Below, in pieces: positions 27,607 to 41,321 of a stretch of DNA of 64,000 bases (position 1 is the first letter of the stretch; every line of letters starts with the position of its first letter). The DNA comes from Saccostrea cucullata. Its lineage: Eukaryota. The stretch spans positions 310,001 to 374,000 of the forward strand of contig NW_026940030.1 in NCBI RefSeq assembly GCF_032062105.1. Direction: 5' to 3'. The position numbers and the translations under genes were made by a program. A model generated the notes under the pieces. The model had not been told where the DNA came from, did no database searches, and saw only the letters and a program-made list of their open reading frames with translations.

Positions 27607-30600
27607 TCAATGTTTCATTTTCTTCTCCTTGGGTTCTCCTGACTTGGTCTTCAGAATGTTTTGGATTTTCTGCCACTGTCTGTCTAACTCGGCTTTCTCG
27701 TCTTTAGGACCTGCCCGCCGAGTTTTCCGTCCATCAGCCATTTTGACACCGTACTGAAAGGCTGCCCTACAAAACAAAATTTAAATGATGCATTACACAA
27801 GCATCTAATCAGTAATTTCCTTTCTTTTTCCAACCTTTTGTAAATTTCTGAAATTCACAGTCTTTGAAGCTGCTACAATTACTTCAAACAGTTATCTTGA
27901 TATATATGTTCATGTAAAATTCTTATATAAGCATGTACATAAAGAATAATACTTAAAAATTTTCATGGACTAAAAGATAATTTTTTAACACTACATGTAA
28001 ACAAAATGTGGAAAAATTTTTTACATAAAAAAACCATAAGATGCAAGTCACTATGAATCAAACCTGTAAATACTGCAAAATCACAAATATTTGTTGGGAT
28101 ATACATTAAATATCTACAAAACCTTTTCACTTGATAAATGAATGAAATTTTATCTCCATAGAATTTTTTGCTTCTACAGTTCATAAATCAATTTGTAGGA
28201 GAATTCCGTACTTTGGTAAAGCTTCCTTGTTGGCCATATAATCACTGTACTCCTCCTGGGTGTCAAAGTCCCATCTCCCCACAGGGCCCTTCTTATTGCC
28301 CTGGTCCATCTTACTGAAATCTGCCTCATCATCAGAATCGCCCAGGGCATCATCAGCTTCCTCCATACTACAAAAACAAATATCAAGTCATTGATTTTAA
28401 AGTTTGACATACTGCTAAAACAAAAATCATTGATAAAAGGACAAAACAAATTGAAATTTACAATTTTAATACATGCCACAACATGACAATGAGAACCTTT
28501 TATGGCTGAACAATTGTTATAAATTTGTGAAACAACATTTATTTGTGACTGTGTTCCTAAACATAAATATATCTGACAATTTATAGATAAAATCCCATCA
28601 TACCCAGGGTAACACTCAGCGTAACTGTCAATGAGGGTTTTCTGTTGGAGCTTCTCCATCCATCTCTTTTGTTTATCTACCTTCTCTCTGAAAACAGCAA
28701 AAACATTATGGCTCATATGGTTCAGTTTGGACTTACGGTAACACACACAATTAATTTTGTTTTCATAAGTTATATGTTACTGTCAAGTGCAGGTATAAAT
28801 AATGTCTTACTTTTCTCTCTCTTTCTCAACATCAGCAAATCCCTGCAAAAAGAACGATGATACTCAGCTTAACATTACAAATTTTTCGTCAAAATGTTTT
28901 TACACAAGTGTTCATTACCATGCCGAGTAATGTACACATAGAAGAAAACATAATGTGGCAAAGAATTTAAATAGAATTACATTGTTAAGATAATCCAATG
29001 AAGGCACTCTCCTTCATGAACCAAATGCAAAGTATTTGAAGTTAGTTTCTTTACTCATTATAATTCAATTTAATTGCACAGCAGTAAATTCATATTTAAT
29101 CCTTCAAATGAATAGATTGTAAAATTATAACTAGGCTTGATATAACTAATAATAAATAGTACAAATATTACACTGCAATTTTGAAACTAAACAAACCTTG
29201 AAGCGATCATTAATTGTTTTGACCAAATCCCCTGCTGATCCAGGTCCCTTCATCCTATCATCCTCCTATAAAATAAAGATATAAGAATGTAAAATTCTAT
29301 TTTACAGAGGCTACACCAAAATTCATTTCTGGGTAAAGAAAAGCTTCACATTTTTAATAATCATTTTAAACACACCTCCTCCACTGGTTTCTCAAAGTAT
29401 GACTTCCTTTTCCTCTCTTCTCTTCTCTCTCTGTGGCTTTCTCTGTCTCCGTGACGATCCCTGTCTCCATGGCGATCTCTGTCTCTGCCCCTATCTCTCC
29501 TATCTCGGTCTCTATCTCTATAGTCCCTGTCTCTATCTCGGTCTCGTCCTCTATCTCGATGATCGTCTCTATCTCGATCCCTATCTCGATCACGCTCCTT
29601 TTTGTCTTTCTTGTCTTTAGACTTGGTGTATGATGGCAAGTACTCTCCAGCATCAGCGTAGATACTGAAATCAATGTGCAACATTAATTAATTATAAAAA
29701 TGTGCAAGTCCTACCTCTTCTTTTCTTCAATAAATGTATTTCACATTGCATGTTTGTGAAGACAAGACCTATAGTAACTATATGATCTCACTAAAACCTT
29801 TTACAAATTTCATCGACATTTACCGCTGATAAATAATATAGTCATATGACAGGAATCTTTGTGCACATAAATTATGTATTTAGTATTTCCATTGATTTAC
29901 TTGCAAGTCATGATAAAGATTAAAGTTGTACTTGAAACATTAAAACCTACATGAGTAATTTCCTCCATCTTTTGACATTTAAGACAAAATACTTGATGTG
30001 TACCGGGTAATTTCATAACTTTTTTCCATCTAATTAATTCTAAAAGCATACCTGTCATCAGCTCCAGGTAATTTTTCTTTCAGTTTATCCTCATCCTTGT
30101 TTTTCCCTAAAAAAAAAAAAGAAAACATACACAGTATTTCTCTTAAAGTTGAAATCAAATTATATTTCTTCACTTTTCTAACAACAGTTTTTCCTTCAAA
30201 GCTTTGTACCTGAATCAAAACAATTTGTAAAAAAATCCAACACCGAGTATCTCTGAGGACTTAGCAGTAGAGAGATCAATACAGACCCTTCTCCTTCTTC
30301 TTCAGTTTCTTGCTCTCTCTCCGTCCTTGACGTAGGTACGACAGAATCTGGGTCAGCTTGTTGATGACAATGTCATTGGTGGTCAGGGTTGTGGTGGCCT
30401 ATATATAAAGGAGGTGGAGAAAACTGAAGATTTCTGGAGGACACACTTTGTAATGAACTAATTTCTGGTATGACTTCTCTGTTTTCTTAAGAATGTAATT
30501 ATCAGTTTTCCTATCAATTCTTTTACAAGGGCATGGTAAGGATTATTAAAATTAGTAAAAAATATTTACATCGAGACTAGGACAGTCCGCTTTACTGCGA

Positions 30601-33600
30601 ATGGTGGTACAGGGGACATCATTCTCGGCATAATCATCTTCCAGGTCCACCACGTAGGCCATACGTCCCGGTAAGAACAGCTCATTCCTCTCAGGGACCT
30701 TACTCTTAAACAATGTTCTGAAGATGTTTCTACCTAAATGAGCAATTATAAAACAAATACATGAAGTTTTGGTATGGATGACTTTTCATTCATAATTGGA
30801 GTTTATCATTTATTCATCATTGGAGTTTATGAATTTCAGTCCTTCTCACCCATCTTAGTCTTAAAAATCATTTGATCATCTGGGTCCACCTCTTTATCTT
30901 CCCTACAACATTACAGAAGCAACAGAATTATTTAATTTATCAAGTAGATTTTGTACACCAGAAATGAGCTTCATCTCCTTTTCTCAGATTTTAAAAAATT
31001 TAAATCTTACTTTTTCTGAGTTACAGCTTCTTCCATCAATATTTCATCTTCCTGTTCTTTATAATTTATTTCTGCTCTCACCTAGTCAAAAGATTATATG
31101 TGATAAATAAAAACACAATATAAACTTGTGGAGTTGATTCATCTTTTAACATTCAATATATATTTAATACAAATTTTTTAAATATTAATTAAAGAAGCTA
31201 ACCTTCTCTAACAAAGCAAAATCCAAGCCTTTCACCAAGTGAGTATGCTCCATGTCACCACCGAGATACTTGGACTCCTGAATAAGCTGTTTACGTTTCT
31301 CAGCATAATTATCTCCCCTGAAATGACAATAAGCATAGTTACCCTCACATTTTTCTGGATGCTGCTGCTATGTATGCATTAATTACAGACAAAAGTAAGA
31401 ATTACTAAGCAAAACTTATTTTCATTCTCACTTCAAGGCTAAATGCAAAATTTTCTTTATGCACAATTATGTCGAGTGCAGTTTACATATGAATCTTTGA
31501 CGAAAAGTGTAACAAAAAGAATGAATTTTAGAGCAGTACAAAATTTCGTAGATGCAGAACATAAATCTTAACTTACGCCTTGGCATCAGGAGCCACAGCT
31601 CGATAATCAGCTGTGGTGCTTATGATCTCAGTTTCAGCGTAGTCTTTGTTTACGCCATCTCTTCTCTCCCTGGCCTAAAAAGATTTTAACATGACTGTAT
31701 AATCTTTATTCCACACATGAATGATATAGCTGCAAAATCTCTATGAAAATTTATGGTTCTCTTGAAGACCATTGAAAAACATTACAAAGAATTGTTTACC
31801 TGTATTTTAAACAGATCAACATGCTCTTTTAACTACTTTTAATTACTCTGTGAAAATTTTATTTATACAAACAAGTCAATTTTAACTGTTAAGTAACAGT
31901 AAAAATGTAGTTGACCTTGCTCTGGATAATCTAATTTCAACTCAAATAAAATTCAAATATTCACATCATTTTTTTTTCTAATTTAAACAATGAAAAGTAC
32001 ATACCCTGTCTCTGTATTTGGACTCTAACTCTTTCTGTCTCTCTTCTTCCAGCCTTTTTAGCTTAGCATAGTAACTGTAAAGGAAATATTGAATATGTTT
32101 ATAATGATCACATTGGTTTCCAATAGTGTAATCTTATATAGATTTATGAAACACTTTATAACATTCAGCAAGTACAAGCGATTGAATTAGTAAACATCAT
32201 ACTTTTGCAGTTAAGTTGGTGAAACCGTCTCTTTTGTGTAATATACATGTATTTTTGAATATGGAGAAGTCAACAAAAAGAAGTTGCTATAAATATACAG
32301 GTTTGTATTGTTTCCTTACATTTTCTTTTTCTTTCTTCTGGTGGCTGGATCGTCTTCATCTTCTTCTGGCCTTGGAACACTAATAAAACACATTTACAAA
32401 ATTTTAATAATACCATATGTAGTTTAGTAAGGATTTGTCACTAAATTAGTCATTTCTACTGTCCTGCAGCACAAAATAACCCACTTCATGATTTCATCTT
32501 TTAAGAATTATATTGTTTAATAAGAGGTAACAAGATACATGTATGTGTATTTACTTAAATTTAGCCTATAAAAGGCTAGAATCCAAGTTGGTTTTGCAAT
32601 TCATGTTATAGCATTGTTATAAGATTATGTATTAATTTTTTTTTTCAGTCAGTGTTCGCAGGACTGGTGATCTACATACACTGAGATGTCCTGAATCTAA
32701 TGCATAACTGTGATAAGTAAAGTACCGTATTTGGCTGAGTATAATACGCATTGATGTAAAATACGCACCCCCCTTTTTGCCTCTGGAACCGGGGAAAAAA
32801 CGCAGTTTGGATGTATTATACGCAACAGAAAATTTTACCAAGCGATGTTCTGAACTTTGAAAATCGCGGTAATTTGTAACGAAAATCGGCTCGAAGATTA
32901 AGTGTCAAAAATTTACAGAACACACGTTTTTTCAAATACATTTATATTTTTTTCTTAATCTGCAATTTCCATATCGCGGCAATGTGGAGAAAATTATTTA
33001 TTCATTAATTTCAACAAAGCACAAGATAAGCATACGGTGATTTTGAAATAATACGTCGCCATATAATTCTTTGGTGAAATAATTTTATTTCAACAAAGCA
33101 TGAGATATTGTTGCAAGTTTTAACAGTTGTCATATCTAATTTTGGTTCTAGGTAATCATGCTGAAAAACGAAATTGAAACATCAACGTATTTTAGAAATT
33201 AAGAAGACTACGATTTTTTTCTTCTGAATCGTCGCGGATATTTTATTTTCTACAGAGCATGAATAAATGATAACACTTAGTTTTGGCTTACTTAATATTT
33301 AATTTGTTAACTCTCAATTATTTAAACAAGGGTTCGATAAGTATAAGATAAGGTAAAATTATATTTAACAAGTGTTTAATTGTTTAATGTGCCGTAATCA
33401 ACACATGCTCACACATACGAAAGGTTACAAACCGACCCCCGCTTTTTAACAAAGAAAATAATCAAAGCAATTAAAAGGCTAGTGAAAGTAATCATTGCTA
33501 TAACTGTAAAAACATTGCTTTGGAGTCGGTAGACAATTAATTGCCTGGAGGGGTGTTGAGAGGTAATTATCAAGTGGCCAGCGCACGTGTGTCACGACAT

Positions 33601-36192
33601 TGGCTTCCTTTCATTGGGACGTATAGAGGGGTGTTTGTGTTGGAGTGAATTTTCACTGAGTTATTTAAAAACTAAAATAAAATTTTTATTTTATTGTATT
33701 TCATAAAAAAATCACTTATTATATTGTCAGGCAGATAAGGTGCATATGTACTATGATTACGGAAGCACGTGACAAAGGAATGTGTTAACGTCTTAAAATA
33801 GCATCGGTAATGGCGGCCTACACGGAGACGATAAACATGGAGCTCAAATTGATTTAACTTGCATTTTCATGTCATTTTAGCATCAAAATATTATGAAAGT
33901 GTTATTTCTAACAAGCATACCTTCCAACAATAACTTTCCAAAGTTTAAAAATGATAATAAACAAAAGAAGTTGTATATGTCTCTTGGTAATACTACGGTA
34001 TGTACATATGATAGCCGGGTTTCACCTGAAAGAAAAACTTATCAAAATCCCATTGTGATGTAAAATACACATCCCTTTCTCACAGAAATTTATTTTAGGA
34101 AAAAAGTGCGTATTGTATTCCCCCAAATACGGTAATTGTAACATATCTTACGCTGCTTTTTTGTGATGTACTGCTTGCTTTGCTGCATGCTGGGCGGCAG
34201 ATGATGACGATGCTGAACTAGAGGATGGGGCCCGAGGGGTCATCAACATCTTACGGAAATCCTCATTTGTAAGATGTTGCCTAAAAATGTATTGTCATGA
34301 TTGAATATGTGAAACATTTTGAAAAATTAGTAATACAATTTAGATAACAGAAAAAAGAAATAATGCACTCAGAATAGACAGTTACCATATATGAGTGCCT
34401 TATTGATACATATTTAACAGGTCACTAATTGTGTACACATACACTTCAATCATATACTGAAATGTGATCATATTCTGCATCATTGTAAAATTTTATTCCC
34501 AAATATGTAAATAACAAAACAGACATTACCCATCATCATCTTCATCATCATCCTCAAAGTCTTGTGGAGGGAGAGGGTTTGAAAACACCTCTGTTTCACC
34601 ACCTAAAAAATATAGTCATTTTTATCAGTTATTTCACTGGTCATTGAGGTTTTTCATACAACAGTACAACTAACAAGTACATGTACTTGTAAAATCTTGA
34701 TCAACTAAAAACTAGATGTTATCAATGGTTAGCAATATACAGGTAAACTTCGTTATCTCGACATTGACGGGACAGTCGGAAAATGTCGAGATATCCAAAG
34801 TATCGAGATATCAGAGTTGAGACTCGACGTCCTTAATTTTACTGCATAGTAAAACCATAGACCTAAACTGACCAGACGTATATCTACAGGTACCTACATG
34901 TCTTCAATTAGACTAGCTTGTTTGTTTCAGATATCCCTCTATATTCATTAGAAAATCTAAGAAGTTATTCACAAATGTTATTTATGAAATGCATTCTTTT
35001 TTGTCGAAATCTTCTCATTTTATTAAAAAAACCGTTTTCCATCCAGCATTCGATCCGTGTGCCACTAGCGCTGTCAGAACGGGATACGAAATGCGCTCTA
35101 TAAACTCCAAACCGGAACGGTACAAAGTCGACTTCCAAGATACGGAAAAAAATTAATGTGTATATTTTTTTAAAAATTATTTCATTTCACTTCTTTTTTA
35201 TTTCATAATCATTCATCATTAATTTTCATTTCATTTCATTTTCAAACCAAAATTTAATTGGAATTGCGCTTTTAACAAACTTAGTGATCCATATTACGGC
35301 TGATGCAATATTCATGCATGTCGTTGATTTGATTGATTCCTGTTGAATGCATTTTTACCACAATTTTTAAGTTAAATTGAATTCAATGTGTAAATTGTTC
35401 ATTGTTACTCAGTTACTTTTTTATGTAAAATGTTTAAGTTTTGTTAGATTTCGACATTTTTTTGTAAATAAACGGTTGTACATTTACGCAGAATCGAGAA
35501 GATTTATCAATGATATTATCCAAGCCGCACATTAAACAATTAATGTATTAGAGACGCCGAGGGGGCTTGGGATTCCTCTACAAACACATTTCTACAGAGC
35601 AGTATGTAGTCAAAACATGGGTGTGAAAGATGTGAATTTCTGACGACGTCGAGATACACGGAGTCGTCCGTGCGTGACGAGCGACCAGCTAACAAACAAT
35701 TAGGTTATGAAGAGCAGGAAATTGCCCCGATGTCGACATATAACAGGTAAATTTTGCTCTTAGGACTGTGAAATACGTCGAGATAAGCGGGGTAGTCGAC
35801 ATTACCTAGGTCGATATATCAGAGTTTTTGCAAATCATTTATATAGTAAATAATGCCGGGACCGCGGACGGACGTCGACATATCCCAGGTTGTCGACATA
35901 TCCGATGTCGAGATACCGAAGGTTACCTGTATGTGTTTTGAAAATAAAGCAACATGATTATGTTTTATTTTAAAGCAAAACTGAACAAATCTGGCCTCAT
36001 GATTTAGATCGAATTATACATCTATAGCATTATTATCCGTATTACGTCTTGAAAAAGAAAAATGGCAAGTGCCAGTGCAGCATTTTCTTAGATCTAATAT
36101 CTAAATATAAATTTTGTGATACTAATTCATATGATGTAAGTTAAGAAATAAAACAGTATGAAGTCTTACAAATAATACTTACGTTCTGGCAT
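27607..36192 (-). CDS. IK: Protein Red (IK), spliceosomal B-complex factor, about 18 exons
   Basis: Exon 1 36192-36183 (MPE), exon 2 34602-34530 (FSNPLPP), exon 3 34280-34152 (LTNEDFRKMLMTPR). Also SKYLGGDMEHTHLVKGLDFALL (~31203-31317), an RD-repeat exon (~29376-29664), DSYAECYPG, MDQGNKKGPVGRWDFDTQEEYSDYM and AAFQYGVKMADGRKTRR. Stop at 27609-27607. Confidence 0.95.
32725..34132. mobile_element. Non-autonomous pogo-like element in IK intron 3
   Basis: TA|CCGTATTTGG...AATACGCA and TGCGTATT...CCAAATACGG|TA. Confidence 0.8.
34740..35929. mobile_element. Non-autonomous pogo/Tigger-like element in IK intron 1
   Basis: TA|CAGGTAAACTTCGTTATCTCGACAT and ATGTCGAGATACCGAAGGTTACCTG|TA, with subterminal GTCGA(G/C)ATA repeats. 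Confidence 0.85.
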
Positions 36193-36360
36193 TTTAGAAA
36201 CTGGTAATCTTTGTTGACAAATCTAGTTTTCTTGAGCAAAGCTTCCCAATTTTACAAACCGGAAATGGATTTGCTTTGCGTGTAATAGTTGAATCGAAAA
36301 CGGATTAGGCATTTCCATTTTTTTTGGCGCCATTTTTCATTTGTTTATGAGGAAAAACCC
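36193..36360. promoter_or_regulatory. Compact bidirectional promoter of IK and DCTD
   Basis: 168 bp between divergent ATGs. ETS-type CCGGAAAT at ~36259 and YY1-type CGCCATTTT at ~36328. Confidence 0.7.
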
Positions 36361-38365
36361 ATGGACAGTGTCACAGGATCAATGAAGAATTGTACTTTGT
36401 CGGATAAAGAAAGCAGTAATAGGTGAATGATTATTCAGATGCTCTTATTGTTTAATGCTAAGAATGTATTTTCTCCAGTTTAATTGTAGCTGTTCAGATT
36501 GGGATACAACACTACAACAAACCTGTCAAACCTGGGAGAGGATCCAGTATAAAAATTTAAGGGGAGGGGTGAAGGGTGTGGTGGAGTCAAACTTGATGCC
36601 TACAAGAAAGAAAGGTAGAGAACATGGGTGGATCCTGGATTTTTTTTTATTTACTAAGGTGGATTGGGTTGTTTCACCCCCCCTCCCCCGGCCCCCCAAG
36701 TTTTACAGGATGGATGCTTTTTCTCACTTCATAATTTTCAGGATTCTATATGACATTCTTTAACATTTATTTCATTGCTTTATTAACATGAAAAAATATA
36801 ATTCAATTTTTGTTTGTTGAAAGATGCTTCTTTAATCAAAACATGTATAGAAGAAATATTAATGACAAAAGAAATCGTGTTTTCAAGCATTTCTGTGACT
36901 TAAACTTAAAATAGAAATTATATGTATATTCTTGTTCATTAAGCATTAAAAAAAATTTTAGGGTCGGCACTATAAATTAGGGTCAGTCGGGAAAGCGGAA
37001 ACAAAGATATTTTTTTTCTAGGCCTTATGCATGCATTATACAAATTATATGTGTTCTTGTTCATTAATTTACTTTTACTTAAAGTAACATTGATAATGGA
37101 TTCACACTAGCTGTTCTTATATTACACAACAGATAAATTAATTTCCCTATTTGTTGATCATCTTGAAACACTATGTACCCCAGCCCCAGTAGACTTATTC
37201 AAGTGTAAATATTATTCTTTGATTTTTTTTTAATTTACAGTAAAAAAAGGAAAGATTATCTTGAGTGGCCAGACTATTTTATGGCAATAGCATTTCTGTC
37301 AGCTCAAAGAAGCAAAGACCCTAGGACTCAGGTGATACAATTTATATATAATTATTAATTTTTGTCTCACTTTTAGATGAATTTCAACTTTCAAGATGTT
37401 TTTTTTTCTGGATATCAAATTTTGTGTGAGTAATTTTCAATAAGTTAACTTTAATATTTTGAAATTTTTTTTTTTTAGGTTGGAGCATGCATTGTGAATG
37501 AAGAGAAGAAAATAGTAGGTATTGGTTATAATGGAATGCCAGTGGGTTGTCATGACGACGTAATGCCATGGGGACGGGAAGCTGACAATATACTGGACAC
37601 AAAACAATTTTATGGTTAGATTTAATGTTTAATTTGTTGATCTGAATCTCTCTCAAAATTTCATAGATTTGTTGTACTCTATTAGATTTAAAATTATGCA
37701 TATTTCAGAGATTGTAGTTGTTTTTTTTTAAAATTATGCACTTTATTCATTTACACAGTGTGCCATGCTGAACTCAATGCAGTTCTGAACAAAAACTCGT
37801 CTGATGTAAAGAATTGCAGCATCTATGTGGCCCTGTTTCCTTGTAACGAGTGTGCGAAGGTCGTAATACAGTCGGGAATTAAAGAGGTGATTTATTACTC
37901 AGACAAATATCACGAGAAACCAGAGTTTGTGGCATCACGAAGAATGCTAGACATGGCAGGTGTTAAGTACAGGTATGATTAAAAATCCAGTTTTTTTGTC
38001 ATATTTTATATTTAAATTAATGAGCAGATTGCTAGAATGCCTGGCATTATATTTGTTATAATTAACTCCAATAAAAAAAAAACACTGCATTAAAATTTTA
38101 TAATTTTACCATAAATTAGATATAAAGTTTTAAAGTAAACCTTAGTGCAAGTAAAAGGTGTCTTTGAAGTAAATATCTCAACTTGAGTCAAATATTGTTC
38201 CTTTGAGAGTAAATGTCAATTGATTTCTTAAAGATGTTATATCTTCTACATTGCAGACAACACATTCCAAAGAAGAAGCAGGTTACGATAGACTTCACCG
38301 CCATTGATGCCATGACAGGAAAGAGTGTGGATGAAGTTTTAAATGGGGACCACACCCACAAATAA
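36361..38365 (+). CDS. DCTD: dCMP deaminase, canonical copy
   Basis: Exons 36361-36422, 37241-37331, 37479-37614, 37759-37972, 38257-38365. Motifs [36 protein letters not shown], and Zn motifs CHAELNA and PCNECAK. Confidence 0.95.
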
Positions 38366-38794
38366 GAGCCACACCCACAAATGGAGACCACGTGGTGCTA
38401 CTGTAACTTTTCTCAAACCAAGGCTAAATTGTGGATAAACTGACAGTGCTTTCATTACATGTGCTTAATAATTCAGACTTTTGTGAGTTCATTGTGTCTG
38501 TATGTTGCGAGTTCCGTCTTTAAATAGTCTGTTTTCTACAGAACTAGTGAATCAGAGACACCTAGTCTGAATGGTGCCCAGTTGGCAAGTTATATTAGAT
38601 ATTCCAAATTTGATCTGCTATTTATGTTCTTAAGAATTTGTGATAAACTTTATTCAAAAACCAAAGCCCTTTATCATTCTTTCTGTTTATATAAAACAAT
38701 ATATTTTATGCACCTACTTCAATTATGATGATAAGTTTATTTTGCAATACAATTTCTCACAGCAAATTATTGCCCTGTATTTTGATCTTTGTTA

Positions 38795-39173
38795 TGTGGA
38801 CGTCAGATGGGTTTGGAGGGCCAAAGACATTTAAGGAGGGAAGAATGTGGCAGTCAGCTGGGTTTCGATCGCCGGTGGCCAGATAGCTCAGTTGGTAGAG
38901 CACCTGACCGGAGTTTCAGGGGGCCCAGGTCTGAATCGGGATCCTGGTCCGCTGCATTTTCTCCCCGCCCGTTACGTTTGGTGCTGTGCCATGCCCTGGA
39001 ATTGACAGTTCAAAGACCTGCCAGGGATGAGCCTGGGTTGGGGTCTTTGGAGGGCCAAAGACCTTTAAGGAGGGAGGAATGTGGCGGTCAGCTGTGTTTT
39101 ATCGCCGGTGGCTAGATAGCTCAGTTGGTCGAATCACGGTCTTGTCCCCTGCATTTTCTCCTCTCCCGTTACA
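38795..39173 (+). mobile_element. TRIM (miniature LTR retrotransposon), tandem form, with tRNA-derived sequence inside its LTRs
   Basis: 4-bp TSD GTTA (38791-38794 / 39174-39177). LTR stub 38795-38814, PPT 38833-38845, LTR 38846-38976 (TG...CG), PBS TGGTGCTGTG at 38979, PPT AAGGAGGGAGGAA 39067-39079, LTR 39080-39173 (TG...CA). Confidence 0.85.
38877..38950 (+). pseudogene. tRNA-like cassette within the TRIM LTR (not a functional tRNA)
   Basis: A box TAGCTCAGTTGGTAGAGC, stem CCTGA/TCAGG with an 8-nt loop, degenerate B box GGTCTGAATC. Confidence 0.75.
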
Positions 39174-39354
39174 GTTACAATATATCTTAAATTGACATAT
39201 CTTAAATTAACAAAGGGTAGAAGATGACAGTTTACATATGTAGAAAAGCCACTATTAGAAATGATGGTTAAGTATAAAAAAAAATTGTTTGTTTGCAGTA
39301 TGCTGCCTAAAGACTTGCATAAAAAGCACCGAATCAGAGCTATTGTTCTTTTAA

Positions 39355-39680
39355 TTTACCCTTACTTGACAAGTGGGGGTATATACTATATAGTGCTATG
39401 GGTGTCTGTCTGTATGCTCCTAACATTCCGGGGTAGCCATCCCTTATCCACAACTCCTCTTTCACCACTGAATGCAATTAAATGAACCTTACTACAAATC
39501 GTGATTGCTAGTATTTTTTTCCTCTTATTTTACATCTCTTATCTACAAACTGAGTAAATTTTAATGAGACTAACAGAATATTTAATACACAGTGATATTG
39601 CTCACTTCTATTTTATATTCTGATCATAAAGATATTTTTTTTATTTTCCAGAGCAAAAAACACTGCCATTACACTCATAC
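39355..39680 (+). mobile_element. Degenerate Helentron-like repeat; relatives at ~45655-45960, ~54960-55755 (-) and ~61290-61680
   Basis: Shared CTTATCC(A/G)CAACTCCT core, GTCT/GTCC microsatellite and small 5' hairpin. Confidence 0.55.
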
Positions 39681-41321
39681 AGAATTGCAAAGCAGGGTGT
39701 ATCAATTTTGTGAGCTTAGTGCCTTAATTGTCTTTAGTTATGTCCCACAAGGAATACAGCCAAGGCACGTGGAGTGTGTATCATTTCGGTTTTCTGTCTT
39801 CCAGCCATCACTCTTGACATGTAGCTTGGTTCCAAAGAAACCATTCAAGATATTTTCATAAAGCTTCCTATGCTGATTGAGTTTAATTGCCCCACCCCTC
39901 AGGTCCAAGGGAGGCAGAAACTCAGAATTTTTGTTTTATTTACCCATACATGCAATTTTCGAAAGATTTGATTGTCATGGCTTGTTATACTAGGCATGGC
40001 GCTGAAAATGTTCAAAAGTGTTATATAACCGACCTCTACCAATTTTTTTAATTTCATCGCTCCCGGGGGTTTTCCAATGCAGACATTTTCAGAGAGATGG
40101 TATTATAATAAACCATTTATGATAAAATAAAATATATAATGAAACTTCCAAAATTTTGGTTCTAGGGTCAGTGGTTTTTTGGGATGGGGTGCACAACTGG
40201 TTATAAAGTGGAAGTGCAATTTTTCTGTTAAATTACTCTGATCTACCTCGGAGATTATTATGATAAGCAATGGTGCCTCTATCAAAATTATGAATTTCAT
40301 GGCCTCTGGTTTAAAACAGTTTATACACAAACCAAATTTAATTGTTGGAAAGTTGTTACATGATACTCAGCTGACCTATAAAGCCCGTGGGCCTCGTTAA
40401 TGTTTAATACTGCATGGAGAGAATACTATGGCCTGAGTCCTGGCCGTGTAGACGAAGATGATGATATAATCACAACTTACAGTTATTAAAGTACATAATT
40501 TGTTTTTCTGTTATTGTTAGGAGCAAAAACGGAGACATAAAAGTTCGTTACAGATGGAAGATTGCAACAATACACTAGGTACTAGATCCTATGTACAAAA
40601 TGTCAAGGTCGCCAAGTCGTTAACGAACATATTGTACAGCTTCCGCCCGGCTCTTGAGGTTGTTCCGATCCCTTGTGTTTAAATTAATACATGTACGTAC
40701 TACAACCAAAGTAAGAAGTTTTTATATACATATATTGTTAGCTTTAAAGAAAAAACTTTCTGGATGTGTAGTTAATCAATGAACTTTTTAACAACCTGAC
40801 TATATAGGTTTGCTTGAGAGAGAGAGAGAAAGAGAGAGAGACGAAGTGTGAGATTTACTTCTTAAAATGTGTTGACGTATTTTCAAACGACATATAACGT
40901 ACCACATACATTGTAATGTACAAAAACATTTTCTACGAACACTTATAAATTTTACATGAAAAAAAAACCCAGAACATTTATGAAGTAATTAGAACTCTGT
41001 CATTTTATATCTCATGTATGTATGTTTTATATGGCACGCCAAATTCACAAAAATGAGCTAAACATAGTTTCACAGTTTATAAACTAGGTTTATCGATTGT
41101 AAACTATAATTTACGGACTGTAAACTATAGTTAACAACGTTAATCTATGTTTTTCTGTAAACCATAGTAAACGCGATAAATTATGTTTCAGAACCGTGAA
41201 CTATACTTAACACTGAAAACAATCATTTCACATTTGCGATTGAAAAAAAGATTATAATTGAGCATTAGACTTCAATTTTACCGAGAATTTTTCTGGAGTT
41301 ATTTCTCTTTGCATTGTAATT

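Noticed and set aside
29366-29674. Alternative-frame and antisense ORFs over the RD-repeat exon
   Set aside because: By-products of the low-complexity Arg-Asp codon repeat of IK.
38877-38950. Functional tRNA gene or ordinary tRNA-SINE
   Set aside because: 8-nt anticodon loop, disrupted T arm and acceptor stem, and it is embedded in LTRs with PBS, PPT and TSD.
38789-39115. 108-aa ORF over the TRIM
   Set aside because: Non-ATG start, repeats the LTR/PPT sequence, no gag or pol similarity.
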